In this document: piece after piece, positions 39,873 to 49,921 of the stretch
Numbering within the stretch: position 1 is the stretch's first letter
Layout: each line of letters begins with the position of its first letter
From: an uncultured Gemmatimonadaceae bacterium
Lineage (GTDB): Bacteria; Gemmatimonadota; Gemmatimonadetes; Gemmatimonadales; Gemmatimonadaceae
Assembly: GCA_963761305.1 (NCBI GenBank)
Contig: CAVXGK010000001.1
Coordinates: 256,001 to 320,000 of the forward strand
Direction: 5' to 3'
Length of the DNA stretch: 64,000 nucleotides
Notes under the pieces: model-generated
What the model was told of the DNA's origin: nothing
Databases searched by the model: none
Seen by the model: only the letters and a program-made list of their open reading frames with translations
Made by a program: the position numbers and the translations under genes

Positions 39873-40529
39873 TTACTCGTCGGATCCCCCCCAGGCGAGC
39901 TGCGCCGCAAGCGCATCGCTCAGCCCGCGCATCCGTTGTTCCCGACTTCGCGCGTGGCGGTTCCAAATGGCGCGGGCTCCGGCAAACGAGGCCCAAAAGG
40001 CCCCGACTCCAACCGCAACTCCCGGCCCATGCAGCGTGGCGACGCTGACGACCCCGGCGATCAACCCGACCGTCCCCGCGGCGATGTAGGTGCCCGCTTT
40101 GGGGCCATGCTGCCGCATGTCGATGCGCAGCGTTGCCCCGTTCGGGCTCGGGGTGATGGCGACGACCGTCTTGTTGTCCGCCGGACCGGAGTGCCACTCG
40201 ATGCCGTCCCCCACGTCGCGCTTCTCGCCGGCGAGCGGCAAGTGCTCCCGAATGGCCGCGAGAATGGCCGCATGGTCGATCGTCGACGCGTGCGACACGA
40301 TCCGCCGCGAGCTGCGGTAGGCCGACGACGCTCCGAAGAGCGTGGCCTGAGCGCGAGATACGTCGAGGGTTGCGGCGACTTCGGCTACCACGCCGGGATC
40401 GATCCCGACTTCGCGCGCGATCTCCTGGATCGACTCGAGCGAATGCGAGGCGTCGCCGTCGTCGGCCTGCCGATCGGCGGCTCGCTTGAGGATCAGCGCC
40501 ATTTGTTGATCGGTGAACTTGCGCTCCAT
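39873..40529 (-). CDS. Hypothetical protein with C-terminal TM hairpin
   Basis: GGAG RBS; 'ILKRAA..Q', 'IAREVGIDP'; two TM segments. Confidence 0.75.
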   Translation of the reverse strand: MERKFTDQQMALILKRAADRQADDGDASHSLESIQEIAREVGIDPGVVAEVAATLDVSRAQATLFGASSAYRSSRRIVSHASTIDHAAILAAIREHLPLAGEKRDVGDGIEWHSGPADNKTVVAITPSPNGATLRIDMRQHGPKAGTYIAAGTVGLIAGVVSVATLHGPGVAVGVGAFWASFAGARAIWNRHARSREQRMRGLSDALAAQLAWGGSDE

Positions 40530-40725
40530 GTCCGCTCCGCGCGCGCCGTTCTTGAATCTATCGCGTCCGCATCGCTGTGCCGCGCGTCACCGACCGTTGA
40601 CTCTGCGCCGCAGTTCTGCGCGCGTCTCGTCGAGAGATGCGCGGGCCTCGACGAATTGGATTCAAATCGGCGCTCCGGCCAGGAATTAGAGCGCTCTAAT
40701 TTTCTCGGCGCACTGGCGGGGCGGC

Positions 40726-41475
40726 GTGCGTCTCGTCAGCTTTCCGGGCGTGAGCGAGCGTCCCCTCCACGTCCTGCTGGTCGAAGACGAACCCGCCGTA
40801 CGGCGCGCGTTTGCCCGCGCTCTGACCGCCGACGGTTTTTCCGTCGATGAGACCGAGACGGCCGAATCCGCGCTCAGCCTCGCCAACGCGGGACGCTACG
40901 ACATCATCGTGCTGGACATGAGCCTCCCGTCGCACGACGGCGTCTGGTTCATCGAGTCGCTGCGAGCGCAGGGACTCGAGACGCCGATCATGGTGAGCTC
41001 GGGACGCGGCGCCGACTCCGACGTCGAAGGAGCGCTCGACGCCGGCGCGGACGAATACGTCATCAAGCCCGTCTCGGCCACCACGCTCTCGGCGCGTGTG
41101 CGCGCGTTGGCGCGCCGCACCGCGCGTTCGTCGCGCCGAATCGCCGTGGGCGACTTGCAGCTGCACGCTGAATCGCACACCGCGTCCGGCGCGCTCGGAT
41201 CGACGAGCCTCACGGCCAAGGAGTTCGCGCTACTGAGCCTCTTCGTCGAACAGCCGCGCCGACTGCTCTCGCGCGACGACCTGTTGCAAGCCGTGTGGGG
41301 CTATTCGTTCGACCCGGAGACGAGCGTGGTGGACGTCGCCATGCACCGGCTGCGACAGAAGCTCGCCAAGGTGACCGACCAGATCGCGATCGAGTCGCGG
41401 CGCGGTGCCGGGTTCCTGCTCGTTCCGTGTTCGCCGACTGACGCCCCCCCCCCGCCGGCCCGCCCGGTCGCCTGA
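40726..41475 (+). CDS. OmpR-family response regulator
   Basis: Receiver 'LLVEDE...IVLD...KP' plus wHTH 'LTAKEF..L', 'VWG', 'VDVAMHRLRQKL'; start may be GTG 40750. Confidence 0.9.
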   Translation: MRLVSFPGVSERPLHVLLVEDEPAVRRAFARALTADGFSVDETETAESALSLANAGRYDIIVLDMSLPSHDGVWFIESLRAQGLETPIMVSSGRGADSDVEGALDAGADEYVIKPVSATTLSARVRALARRTARSSRRIAVGDLQLHAESHTASGALGSTSLTAKEFALLSLFVEQPRRLLSRDDLLQAVWGYSFDPETSVVDVAMHRLRQKLAKVTDQIAIESRRGAGFLLVPCSPTDAPPPPARPVA

Positions 41476-41502
41476 CCGTCACGCGCGGCGCCGCGCCGCG
41501 CG

Positions 41503-42597
41503 TCAGATCAGCTTCTCGGCCACGCGTCGAATCAGCTCGTCGAACGGAAGCTTGGTGAGCGCCAGGGGAAGAAACGGCGCCGCGAGCAACAGCGCGTGCG
41601 CGAGCAACACCGTCAGGCTCACCGGTATGAGCCGAATGCTCGTGACGACCTGAAAGGAATTCGACAGGTCGGCCAGCGACTGGATGTCCGACGTGCCGAG
41701 CAATCCGTTGTCGTGCGCTTTGGGGTCGAGCATCCATCGCCGCCGGAAGTCGTCGACGTATTCGCTGGCGAGTCCGCCGTAGTCCACCGAGCCCTTGAGC
41801 CGCGTGTTGATGATGGCGACGGTGAAGAACAGGAGCGGCACCACGCACACAACCGTCAACAGGACGGGCGTGACCGACATCTCCGGTACGAATTGGTCGA
41901 GGCTGGCGCCGTCGTGCAGAATGCGCCCGCCAATTCGACCCGCCAGCGCGATCGTTTGCGCGAAGAACCCCAGGCCGAACGCGGGAATGCTCAACGCGAG
42001 AAAGCCCAGTCCCCCGGCGCGGTCGGGATGGAGCGGGTTCAGGTTCAACGGAAGGCGCGACACCCGCCACAGAAAGTTGTACCAGATGGCGACGGTGTAA
42101 TACCATCGAAGGAGCGCGAACCGGAAAATGTTGAGGCTGACGAAGACGTACCACCACCCGCCGACGGTGAGCGCCGGTTCGCCCATCGCGTTGGTCGAGA
42201 GATACCACACACCGCCGCGCATCGACCACGCCTGGTGCCAGATCCAGCCGGCCAGCGCCGTCGACGCGACTGCGAGCGCGATGCGCATGAGCCACGACGA
42301 GCGCTGGCGTTCCGCGTGCTCGACGCTCTCGGCGAACCGCGCCGCGTCCGCCGGTGCGACGAGGCCCCGATCGATGAACGGCTGGACGATGTAGCGAGAC
42401 CGACAATGCAGCAGCGGCTCGGCGGCGATGAGCAGGGGCAGCGCGACGAGCAACCGGATCTGCGCGTTGAGGTCGTCGAGAAACGGCTCGCGCACGCCAC
42501 TGTACGCTCGTCCCTCGACGAGCGTGATGACGAACAACGGCACCCACGTGAGCGCGACCGCGGCGATCAGGTCTCGCGCGAGTCCTGGCCGACCCAC
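41503..42597 (-). CDS. Hypothetical polytopic membrane protein
   Basis: Multiple TM segments; 'LHPDRAGGLGFL' and 'DIQSLADL.NSF' motifs. Confidence 0.75.
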   Translation of the reverse strand: MGRPGLARDLIAAVALTWVPLFVITLVEGRAYSGVREPFLDDLNAQIRLLVALPLLIAAEPLLHCRSRYIVQPFIDRGLVAPADAARFAESVEHAERQRSSWLMRIALAVASTALAGWIWHQAWSMRGGVWYLSTNAMGEPALTVGGWWYVFVSLNIFRFALLRWYYTVAIWYNFLWRVSRLPLNLNPLHPDRAGGLGFLALSIPAFGLGFFAQTIALAGRIGGRILHDGASLDQFVPEMSVTPVLLTVVCVVPLLFFTVAIINTRLKGSVDYGGLASEYVDDFRRRWMLDPKAHDNGLLGTSDIQSLADLSNSFQVVTSIRLIPVSLTVLLAHALLLAAPFLPLALTKLPFDELIRRVAEKLI

Positions 42598-42694
42598 TGC
42601 ATCACGCAGGTGGCGAAGCGACCGGTCGATGGCTCTTCCCTCCTCACGGACTCATCGCCGCGAACGCGACGCCGCCGGCGCCCTTCGCCGACCG

Positions 42695-44143
42695 TCAATC
42701 GGGCACGATGTCGTCGGGCTTCCAGGTTTGGTCGAAGAACGGTTCGAGCGGACCATAGAATCGGAACAGCACGAACCATCCCTTGCCCGGCTTGGTCTGA
42801 ATCCAGTTCTTCTCCTTTCCCTTGGGCGCGCCGGGTCCGAAGAACACGTCGATCGAGTCGTCGTCGTTGGATTTCGGGCCGGTGTATGTGCTCACCGAAG
42901 GGAACGGCTGATCGCTCCGCAACAGCGAACGACTGTCGGCGTCGTAGGCCACGACCGACCAAAAATTCTTGACCGGGATGTCCGCCGGCAAATGAAGTCG
43001 ATACGTCTTGCCGCCGTCGAGAAATGCGCCGCTCGCGTCGCGCGGCGTGAAGAGGTACTGTGAGCCCGACCCGACGTGTTTCTCGACCATCGCGGGCGAC
43101 ATGCCGATGGCGATGTACGCGAATCCGGCGCGGCGATCGGTGTTGGTGTAGCCCTCGCTGTCGAACTTCGCGCTGCCGCCGACGAACGCCCACTCCCATT
43201 TGCGGTCGGCGTAGACGAGACGCGCATCGTCTTGCGAGGCGAAGCTGTTCGTGCGCGCGATGCCCTCGGCGAACTGCGCCGCTTCGTCGAGCAGCTTTTT
43301 GCGCTCGGCGTCGGGCTGGAACGGCTTGCCCCGTTCGATGCCGATCGCCGCAAGCTGGAATCGTTCCTGGTCGGAGAATCGGTCGTCCGGTTCTCGATCG
43401 ACGATCCAGGCCAGGTCCTCGAAGAAGCGCGAGTCGTCGCTGAACAGCGTGTCCACCGGTTGATGCGACGCGTCGACGAATGCCGTCGGCGGCGGATCGG
43501 CGGCCTTGCTGAGCGGATAGATCTTCGTCCGTTTGACCAGATCGACGGCAGGCGCCGTCTCGCCGTCGACCTGAAAGCCGCGCACGCCGAGCGTGGCGCA
43601 GTAGGTCGGCGATTTCACCGCCGTGTAGCCGCCGGGGATGTCCCCGTTGTGCTGAGGCGGCACCACGAGGAGCTTGCCGCCCTTCCCTTTTTCCACGCCG
43701 GTGGCGCCGATGTCGGCGATCGAGTTCTGCCACAAGTCGCTGACGGCGCCGAGCATCGACGGCGGCACTTCGATCACCACCGGGCCATCGCGCTTCAGGT
43801 CGAGCGACGCCAGGCCGTAGATGGTCTCGGTGTTACCCGTGAGAACGAGCGACGCCGAATCCATCAACGACTCCCAGATCACCACCTGGTTCGGCTTGGC
43901 CGCCCCGGCTTCGATCATGCCCCGCCACACGTGCAGCCAGGACACCGGCGGCATGTGCACCAGATACGCCTCCACCGCTCGAATGAACACGAGCGAGTTG
44001 CGCAGCTGGCTGGCCGCCGGGCCAGCCGGGAAACTGTTCTTGAATTCGAACGCTCCAAAGCGCGTCTTGACCGTCTCGGTGCCGAACCAGCCGTGGTCCC
44101 TGCTGGCGGCCTTGCCGGGCGGCTCTTTCAGCTGCGTCGCCAT
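42695..44143 (-). CDS. DUF1254/DUF1214 domain protein
   Basis: 'TGNTETIY', 'LDLKRDGPVVIEVP', 'G.GGK', 'FWSVVAYD', 'FRFYGP'. Confidence 0.88.
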   Translation of the reverse strand: MATQLKEPPGKAASRDHGWFGTETVKTRFGAFEFKNSFPAGPAASQLRNSLVFIRAVEAYLVHMPPVSWLHVWRGMIEAGAAKPNQVVIWESLMDSASLVLTGNTETIYGLASLDLKRDGPVVIEVPPSMLGAVSDLWQNSIADIGATGVEKGKGGKLLVVPPQHNGDIPGGYTAVKSPTYCATLGVRGFQVDGETAPAVDLVKRTKIYPLSKAADPPPTAFVDASHQPVDTLFSDDSRFFEDLAWIVDREPDDRFSDQERFQLAAIGIERGKPFQPDAERKKLLDEAAQFAEGIARTNSFASQDDARLVYADRKWEWAFVGGSAKFDSEGYTNTDRRAGFAYIAIGMSPAMVEKHVGSGSQYLFTPRDASGAFLDGGKTYRLHLPADIPVKNFWSVVAYDADSRSLLRSDQPFPSVSTYTGPKSNDDDSIDVFFGPGAPKGKEKNWIQTKPGKGWFVLFRFYGPLEPFFDQTWKPDDIVPD

Positions 44144-44163
44144 CGATCCTCCGCGCGTTGGTG

Positions 44164-46536
44164 TTACTGAATGGCCATCGCCAGATTCAGGCGCTCTTCC
44201 GGCGTGATGTAGTGGTCGGCGTCTTTCGCGTCGTCGCCGAACGCGAGCTCCACCCAGTTCACCGCGCCGGTGAACTCGCGCCGGCTGTAGTCGGTCGTCA
44301 CGGCCGATCCGTTCTCCGTGCCCACGTCACACGTCTCGTCGGCGGAAAAGAGCGCAGGTTCGGTCTGCTCGATCCGACCGTCCCCCACCGGCTTGCCATC
44401 GATGTAGAGGGACACATTGCCGCCCCTTGCGGGGCCGCCGCCGTCGTACTCGAACTCCAGGCGAACTTGATGACGGCCCTCGGGCAGCTTGCTCTTGCTC
44501 TCGGCGTAGTACTGCTGCAACCCGAAGAAGTTGTAGCAGTGTTTGAGCGTGCCGGCCTTCGTGTAGAGACTCCAGCCGCCGGTGAGACCGCCGAGGGCGA
44601 TGATGACGCCGTCCACGTCTCCTTTCGGCACGACGATGTCGGCGGTGACCGCGTAGGATTTGTTGTGAAGGTTGAGAATCGAGCTCTCGGTGAGGCGGCC
44701 CATCCCGCCGAAGAGCAATTGCCGGTCACCTTTCACGAGTTGTGGACGACCGGAGATCTCCGGATTCAGTCGCTCGACCATCCGGTCGTCGAGCGGCAGC
44801 ACGTTGTACTTCGCCGCTTCGATCAACCACAACCGCTGCAGATCGTGCAGTTTGTCCGGTTGTTCCTTGGCGAGGTCGCGAGCCTGCGACCAGTCCTTCG
44901 TCGTGTCATACAACTCCCACACGTCGTCGTCGAACGGAACCAACTTCGTAGTGCTGGGTTCCCACGGCGTGCGGTGCTTCGTCACCGCCGTCCACCCGTT
45001 GTGGTAGATCCCGCGGTTGCCGAACATCTCGAAGTACTGCGTCTCGTGACGCTCGGCGGCCTTCGGATCGTCGAATGAATAGACCATGCTCACGCCCTCG
45101 ATGGGCCGCTGCAGCACGCCGTTCACGATCGTCGGCTGGGGCAGGTGCGCCACCTCGAGCACCGTCGGCGCGACGTCGATCACGTGATGGAACTGCGATC
45201 GGGCCTCACCCTTCGCTCTGATCCCGTGCGGCCAGTGAACGATCGTACCGTTGCGCGTGCCCCCCCAGTGGGACGCGACCTGCTTCGTCCACTGGTACGG
45301 CGTGTCCATCGCGTGCGCCCAGCCGACGGCGTAGTGATTGTACGCCTCCGGGCCGCCGAACTTGTCGAGACGCGCCGTGAGGAACTCCGGCGTTTCCAGG
45401 GCACCGAAGCCGGTCAGCGGGATCATCTCGTTGAACGTGCCCTGCAACGAGCCTTCGGCCGATGCGCCGTTGTCGCCGATGATCACGTAGACCAGCGTGT
45501 CGTCGAGGACGTCGAGATCGGCGAGCGCGTCCAGCAATAGCCCGACGTGATGATCGGTATGCTCGAGGAACCCGGCGTAGATCTCCATCTCTCGAGCGAG
45601 CACCGGCTTCATGTCGGCCGCCACGTCGTCCCACGCCGGAATGCCCTGGCTTCGCTGCGTGAGCTGACAGTCGTTCGGGATCACGCCGAGCTTTTTCTGT
45701 CGAGCGAACGTTTCCTCGCGCAGCTTGTCCCAGCCCTGATCGAACTTGCCCTTGTACTTGTCGGCCCATTCCTTCGGCACATGGTGGGGCGCGTGCGTCG
45801 CGCCGGGTGCGAAGTAGACGAAGAATGGCTTGTCGGAAGCGAGCGATTTCTGTTGTCGAATCCACTTCACCGCTTTGTCCGTCATGTCGGCGGTGAAGTG
45901 GTAGCCTTGTTCCGGCGTCTTGGGCGGCTCGACCGGCGTCGTCCCTTCGAAAATCGCCGGATAGTACTGGTTCGTCTCCCCGCCGATGAATCCATAGAAG
46001 TACTCGAAACCGCCGCCGCCGCTCGGCCATTGATCAAACGGCCCGATCGGGCTCGTCTGCCACACTGGCACCTCGTGGCATTTGCCGAACTGCGCCGTCG
46101 AATAGCCGTTCAGCTTGAGCGTCTCGGCGAGCGGGGCGCACGTATTTGGACGAATCGAGTTTTGTCCTGGCGCCGAGGTCGCGAGCTCGGTGATCGAACC
46201 CATGCCGACCGTGTGGTGATTGCGGCCCGAGAGCAGGGCGGCGCGTGTCGGCGAACACAGCGCCGTCGTGTGAAAGCGCGTGTACCTGAGACCGTTCGCG
46301 GCGAGCTTCTCGAAGTTCGGCGTCGCACACGGTCCTCCGAACGCGCTCGATGCACCAAAGCCGACGTCGTCGATCAAGACGACGAGAACGTTTGGAGCGC
46401 GGGACGGCGGTCGGAGCGGAGTGATGGGCGGAAATTTCGTGTCCGGATCCTTCGCGTCGTACGTCGTCGTCGAGACCGGCGTGACGTCCGGGATGGGAAG
46501 AACCTCGCGCTGGAGCGTGTCGTTGGGCGTGCTCAT
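44164..46536 (-). CDS. Arylsulfatase (Cys-type, formylglycine-dependent)
   Basis: 'PNVLVVLIDDVG', CxPxR 'CSPTRAALLSGR', 'GKCH', 'HAPH', 'DNGAS'; C-terminal LamG-like extension; no signal peptide. Confidence 0.95.
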   Translation of the reverse strand: MSTPNDTLQREVLPIPDVTPVSTTTYDAKDPDTKFPPITPLRPPSRAPNVLVVLIDDVGFGASSAFGGPCATPNFEKLAANGLRYTRFHTTALCSPTRAALLSGRNHHTVGMGSITELATSAPGQNSIRPNTCAPLAETLKLNGYSTAQFGKCHEVPVWQTSPIGPFDQWPSGGGGFEYFYGFIGGETNQYYPAIFEGTTPVEPPKTPEQGYHFTADMTDKAVKWIRQQKSLASDKPFFVYFAPGATHAPHHVPKEWADKYKGKFDQGWDKLREETFARQKKLGVIPNDCQLTQRSQGIPAWDDVAADMKPVLAREMEIYAGFLEHTDHHVGLLLDALADLDVLDDTLVYVIIGDNGASAEGSLQGTFNEMIPLTGFGALETPEFLTARLDKFGGPEAYNHYAVGWAHAMDTPYQWTKQVASHWGGTRNGTIVHWPHGIRAKGEARSQFHHVIDVAPTVLEVAHLPQPTIVNGVLQRPIEGVSMVYSFDDPKAAERHETQYFEMFGNRGIYHNGWTAVTKHRTPWEPSTTKLVPFDDDVWELYDTTKDWSQARDLAKEQPDKLHDLQRLWLIEAAKYNVLPLDDRMVERLNPEISGRPQLVKGDRQLLFGGMGRLTESSILNLHNKSYAVTADIVVPKGDVDGVIIALGGLTGGWSLYTKAGTLKHCYNFFGLQQYYAESKSKLPEGRHQVRLEFEYDGGGPARGGNVSLYIDGKPVGDGRIEQTEPALFSADETCDVGTENGSAVTTDYSRREFTGAVNWVELAFGDDAKDADHYITPEERLNLAMAIQ

Positions 46537-46690
46537 GTTGCTGCATCCTCCGCTGGTGCAGTCGGCGCGCTTCCTGTCGAACGCGCTCGCGCAGTCTCGT
46601 CGCGAAGGTTCCTTTGGTCCATCGGACCTTGGCCCAACCGATTCTCGGCGACGCGTCAAACGGCGCGTCGCCACTCGTGTCACGACCGAA

Positions 46691-48019
46691 TCAACCGACG
46701 CGTTCGATGTCGGGCAGGCGCCAGCTCTTGTCGAAGAGCGCCGGTTTCGGCCCGTACAGCCGGAAGAACGTGAACCACGGGCGGCCGGGAGTGAGCGCGA
46801 CCCAATTCGCCGCGCCCGCCGCCGGCGCACTGCGGCCCAGATACAAATCGATCGAGCCGCCGGAGTTCGTCGCGATTCCTTCGTGATACGAATTCACTTC
46901 GGTCTTCGGCGAATTGCGGATGAACGCGCACGTCTCCGCGTCGTACACGGTCAACGCCCAGAACTGCTCCGCGGGAACGTTCGGCGGAACGCGCAGTCGA
47001 TAGGATCCATCGCCGGACAGCGGCTCGCCCGCGCTGTCGACGTAGGCCGCGAGATACATCGACGCTTTGCCGATCGTCTTCGGCGGCGCACAGGCCAAGA
47101 AGAACGTCGTCGCTCGCGCGTCGATGTCCAAGCCGTCGCTGGTGACGTACGTGAAGCCGGTTTTGACGCCGACGGGACTCGCCGACTGCCACGCACCGTT
47201 CGGCCAGAACGGCTCGCCCTCGCGCGGTTCTGACGCGATGAGTTGCTGCTGCGCGTCTCGGGCCGCTGCCTCGAGCTCGGCGCGAATCGATTCATCGGGA
47301 GCGAACGGCTTGCCCTTCTCGATGCCGAGCTGCTTGAGGCTCTCCACGATGTCGGCGTCGCGCGGAAGCATGGGTTCTTCGCTCACCATCTTCGCGAGCG
47401 CGGCGAAGAACGTGTCATCGTAGTGCATGATGGCGTCGAACAGCTTGCCGGCGACGTCGATCGCGCGCGTGGCCGGCGGATTGGCGGCTTTGGCGAACGG
47501 GTAGATCCTGATCTGCTTGACGAGGCTCAGCGCGCGATCGACGGCGCCTTGCGACGCGTCCTCGGTGATCGCGCGAAACGCGGCGTAGCCATTGTACGTG
47601 TTCGACTCCACCGCGATGTATCCGGCCGGCGCCGAGCCGGCGAGGTTCGGCGGCATCACCAGGTACTTCCCGCCTTTGCCCTCGTCCGAGCCCTTGGGTC
47701 CGACGTCGGCCAGCGGCACTTGCCACGCGTCGAGAATCGACCCGAACAGTCCCGCGCCCGCGGCCGGCGGGATCTCGAGCACGATCGGCCCGTTTGTCGT
47801 ATTGAAATTCAAATAGACATAGCGCGTCGACGCGTTGGGCGTCGTGATCTGGAATCGCCAATCGGCGAACCGCGAGAGATACGCGAGGTCGCCGTACTGC
47901 GCCCCGGCGTCACGAAAGAACGCCTGGCGCATCGCGTCGAAGCTGACGATCGGTGTGCCCCACTTCGCCGCGTGGACCGCGAGGTCGTGCAGAGCCTGGG
48001 TGTCGAGCGTCGTGGCCAC
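46691..48019 (-). CDS. DUF1254/DUF1214 domain protein
   Basis: GGAG RBS plus GTG; 'TPNASTRY', 'GPIVLEIP', 'GKGGKYL', 'FWALTVYD', 'FRLYGP'. Confidence 0.88.
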   Translation of the reverse strand: MATTLDTQALHDLAVHAAKWGTPIVSFDAMRQAFFRDAGAQYGDLAYLSRFADWRFQITTPNASTRYVYLNFNTTNGPIVLEIPPAAGAGLFGSILDAWQVPLADVGPKGSDEGKGGKYLVMPPNLAGSAPAGYIAVESNTYNGYAAFRAITEDASQGAVDRALSLVKQIRIYPFAKAANPPATRAIDVAGKLFDAIMHYDDTFFAALAKMVSEEPMLPRDADIVESLKQLGIEKGKPFAPDESIRAELEAAARDAQQQLIASEPREGEPFWPNGAWQSASPVGVKTGFTYVTSDGLDIDARATTFFLACAPPKTIGKASMYLAAYVDSAGEPLSGDGSYRLRVPPNVPAEQFWALTVYDAETCAFIRNSPKTEVNSYHEGIATNSGGSIDLYLGRSAPAAGAANWVALTPGRPWFTFFRLYGPKPALFDKSWRLPDIERVG

Positions 48020-48035
48020 GGAGTCTCCGTTTTTC

Positions 48036-48989
48036 TCAGCCAGCGGGCTGCGCCTGCGGGAATGTCCACGTGCCGTGCAGAATTTCCGGGCGCGGCCGAT
48101 ACAGACGCACGGTGTAGTTCCACCCGGGCATGATCGGTAGACAATTGTCGAGCGCCCCATCGCACGTGCCGAAGTGCACGGTGACCGACTGGTCGGCGTT
48201 CTTCTTGGCCGTGAGGTTGTTGATCGTGTACGCCTCGAAGGGGTTCGGCTCGAAGTAACCCTGCGCGTTGTAGACGCTGATCGACCAGAAGCCGTCGACG
48301 GGCACGTCACGCACGGTGACCCGGTACGGCGTGACGCCGTCGTTCTTTTCCGGCGTGACGTTGAGATACGTCGCGTCGCGCTCGGGGTTGCCACCCCACG
48401 CCATGGCGCTCCCGATGAGATGGCGTACCGGATCGACCTCGTTCCGCGCGCCGAACATCTTTCGCGAATCGGTGACGGTCGTGCCGAGCGCGAGGAGCGC
48501 CTCGCGCACCCGTCTCTCGCTCGCCGTGTCCCACTCCGGCAACTCGAGGCTGCCGTGTCCGCTCTGCCCGACGAGGATGGCGTCCTGGAGTGCGCGCGCC
48601 TTGCGGAGATCCTCGGGGTCGGTCGGATTCACGAGGGTCCGGACGGCAATCATTATATAGCGCGTGCTCAGGCGATCCTTCGTGTAGGTGTAGCGACCCT
48701 TCCCGTACACGACGCCCGCGGCGTACTGATCTTCGTCGATCACCATCATCGACATGAACCGGTCGCCCGGGTCCGGCAGCGTGACCGTCACCGGTCCCGC
48801 GTCGAGGTCGAACACGGCGGACGAGTAGAGCGTGTCGCGGTTCGCTCGCACGACGGTCTGCTTGTCCACCGGCATCACGTGGCGGCGATGGAGGAACTTG
48901 CCGACGCCGCCGGCCTCGTTCGCCGCCGACGCGAAATAGAGATCCGTCTCGGCGCGGCTGAAGTTGTCGGCGGTCACCAGGCTGATCAT
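48036..48989 (-). CDS. DUF1254/DUF1214 domain protein (short type)
   Basis: 'RANRDTLYS..VFDL', 'WGGNP', 'FWSISVYN', 'VRLYRPR'. Confidence 0.88.
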   Translation of the reverse strand: MISLVTADNFSRAETDLYFASAANEAGGVGKFLHRRHVMPVDKQTVVRANRDTLYSSAVFDLDAGPVTVTLPDPGDRFMSMMVIDEDQYAAGVVYGKGRYTYTKDRLSTRYIMIAVRTLVNPTDPEDLRKARALQDAILVGQSGHGSLELPEWDTASERRVREALLALGTTVTDSRKMFGARNEVDPVRHLIGSAMAWGGNPERDATYLNVTPEKNDGVTPYRVTVRDVPVDGFWSISVYNAQGYFEPNPFEAYTINNLTAKKNADQSVTVHFGTCDGALDNCLPIMPGWNYTVRLYRPRPEILHGTWTFPQAQPAG

Positions 48990-49009
48990 CGCGAAGGCTC
49001 CTCCGATGC

Positions 49010-49213
49010 TCAGCCGGCTTTCGGCATGAAGGCCGCGGCCACCTCGTCGATCCGATCGATGTTCGGCGTGCGGTACCCCGTGATGCCCAGATTAAGGGCG
49101 CTCACGTTGAACCAGCCGATGTCGTCGGCCATGATGAACAGGACGTTGGGTTTGTTGCCGCCGGTTGATCCCGTCGTCGCCTGCGTGGCTCTCGTGGTTT
49201 GCGTGCCCATCAT
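49010..49213 (-). pseudogene. Internally deleted arylsulfatase remnant
   Basis: 'KPNVLFIMADDIGWFNVSA.N.G..GYRTPNIDRI' sulfatase N-terminus ends after 67 aa, before the CxxxR motif. Confidence 0.8.
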
Positions 49214-49272
49214 GATTCTCCTACTCTGGGATCGCTGGAATCACCGGGATCACTCGACACCGCGCGCGCTTC

Positions 49273-49776
49273 TCAGCCGAACGGTCCGACGTGGAAGGCA
49301 AGACTCATGACAGCGAGCGCGCCGATCACGAGAAGCAGGAACGCGACAACCAAGGTGTACGACCGGGGAAACTGGGTTTCGGCGTGGATCAGCCCTTCCG
49401 CGGCCATGTTCGCGCGCAGAGAGCGGAGTCCCGACATGAACGCGATGTCGTAGCCGATCCCGACGACCAGCATCACCAGCCCGAGCGCGACCAGCGAAAG
49501 GCCGAACCGCCGCGCTTGGCCGCTGCCGGCGGCGATCGCGCTCGTCTGCGACATGCGCTCGAAGAATTGGTAGATCGTGAAACCGAAACTGATGAGCGAG
49601 AGCGACGTCCGGATCACCGACATCAACGTGCGATCGGCGCTCAGTCGCGTGCGCTGAAATGACATGCCCGTGCGGCGCGACGACAGTTCGACCGACGGAT
49701 CGTCGAACGGGCTCGGGGTCCGTGCGGGTGAGTCGCTCGGCTGAGGGCTTGGCGAAGACGCTTCTCCCTGCGCCAT
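49273..49776 (-). CDS. DUF202 (YidH-like) membrane protein
   Basis: 'RTRLSADRTLMSVIRTSLSLISFGF'; 3 TM segments. Confidence 0.85.
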   Translation of the reverse strand: MAQGEASSPSPQPSDSPARTPSPFDDPSVELSSRRTGMSFQRTRLSADRTLMSVIRTSLSLISFGFTIYQFFERMSQTSAIAAGSGQARRFGLSLVALGLVMLVVGIGYDIAFMSGLRSLRANMAAEGLIHAETQFPRSYTLVVAFLLLVIGALAVMSLAFHVGPFG

Positions 49777-49921
49777 ACGGCTATTCTCGCGTCGAGAACC
49801 GGTTCGGAACGTGGCGCCCCGCGCGCGACGAGCCCAGTTGGACTTTCGGCGCACGCGGCGCACAGCAGTCGGCCCTTTGTGCCAATGGGTTCGCCGCCGC
49901 GTAGCGGATTACGCTCGAGGC

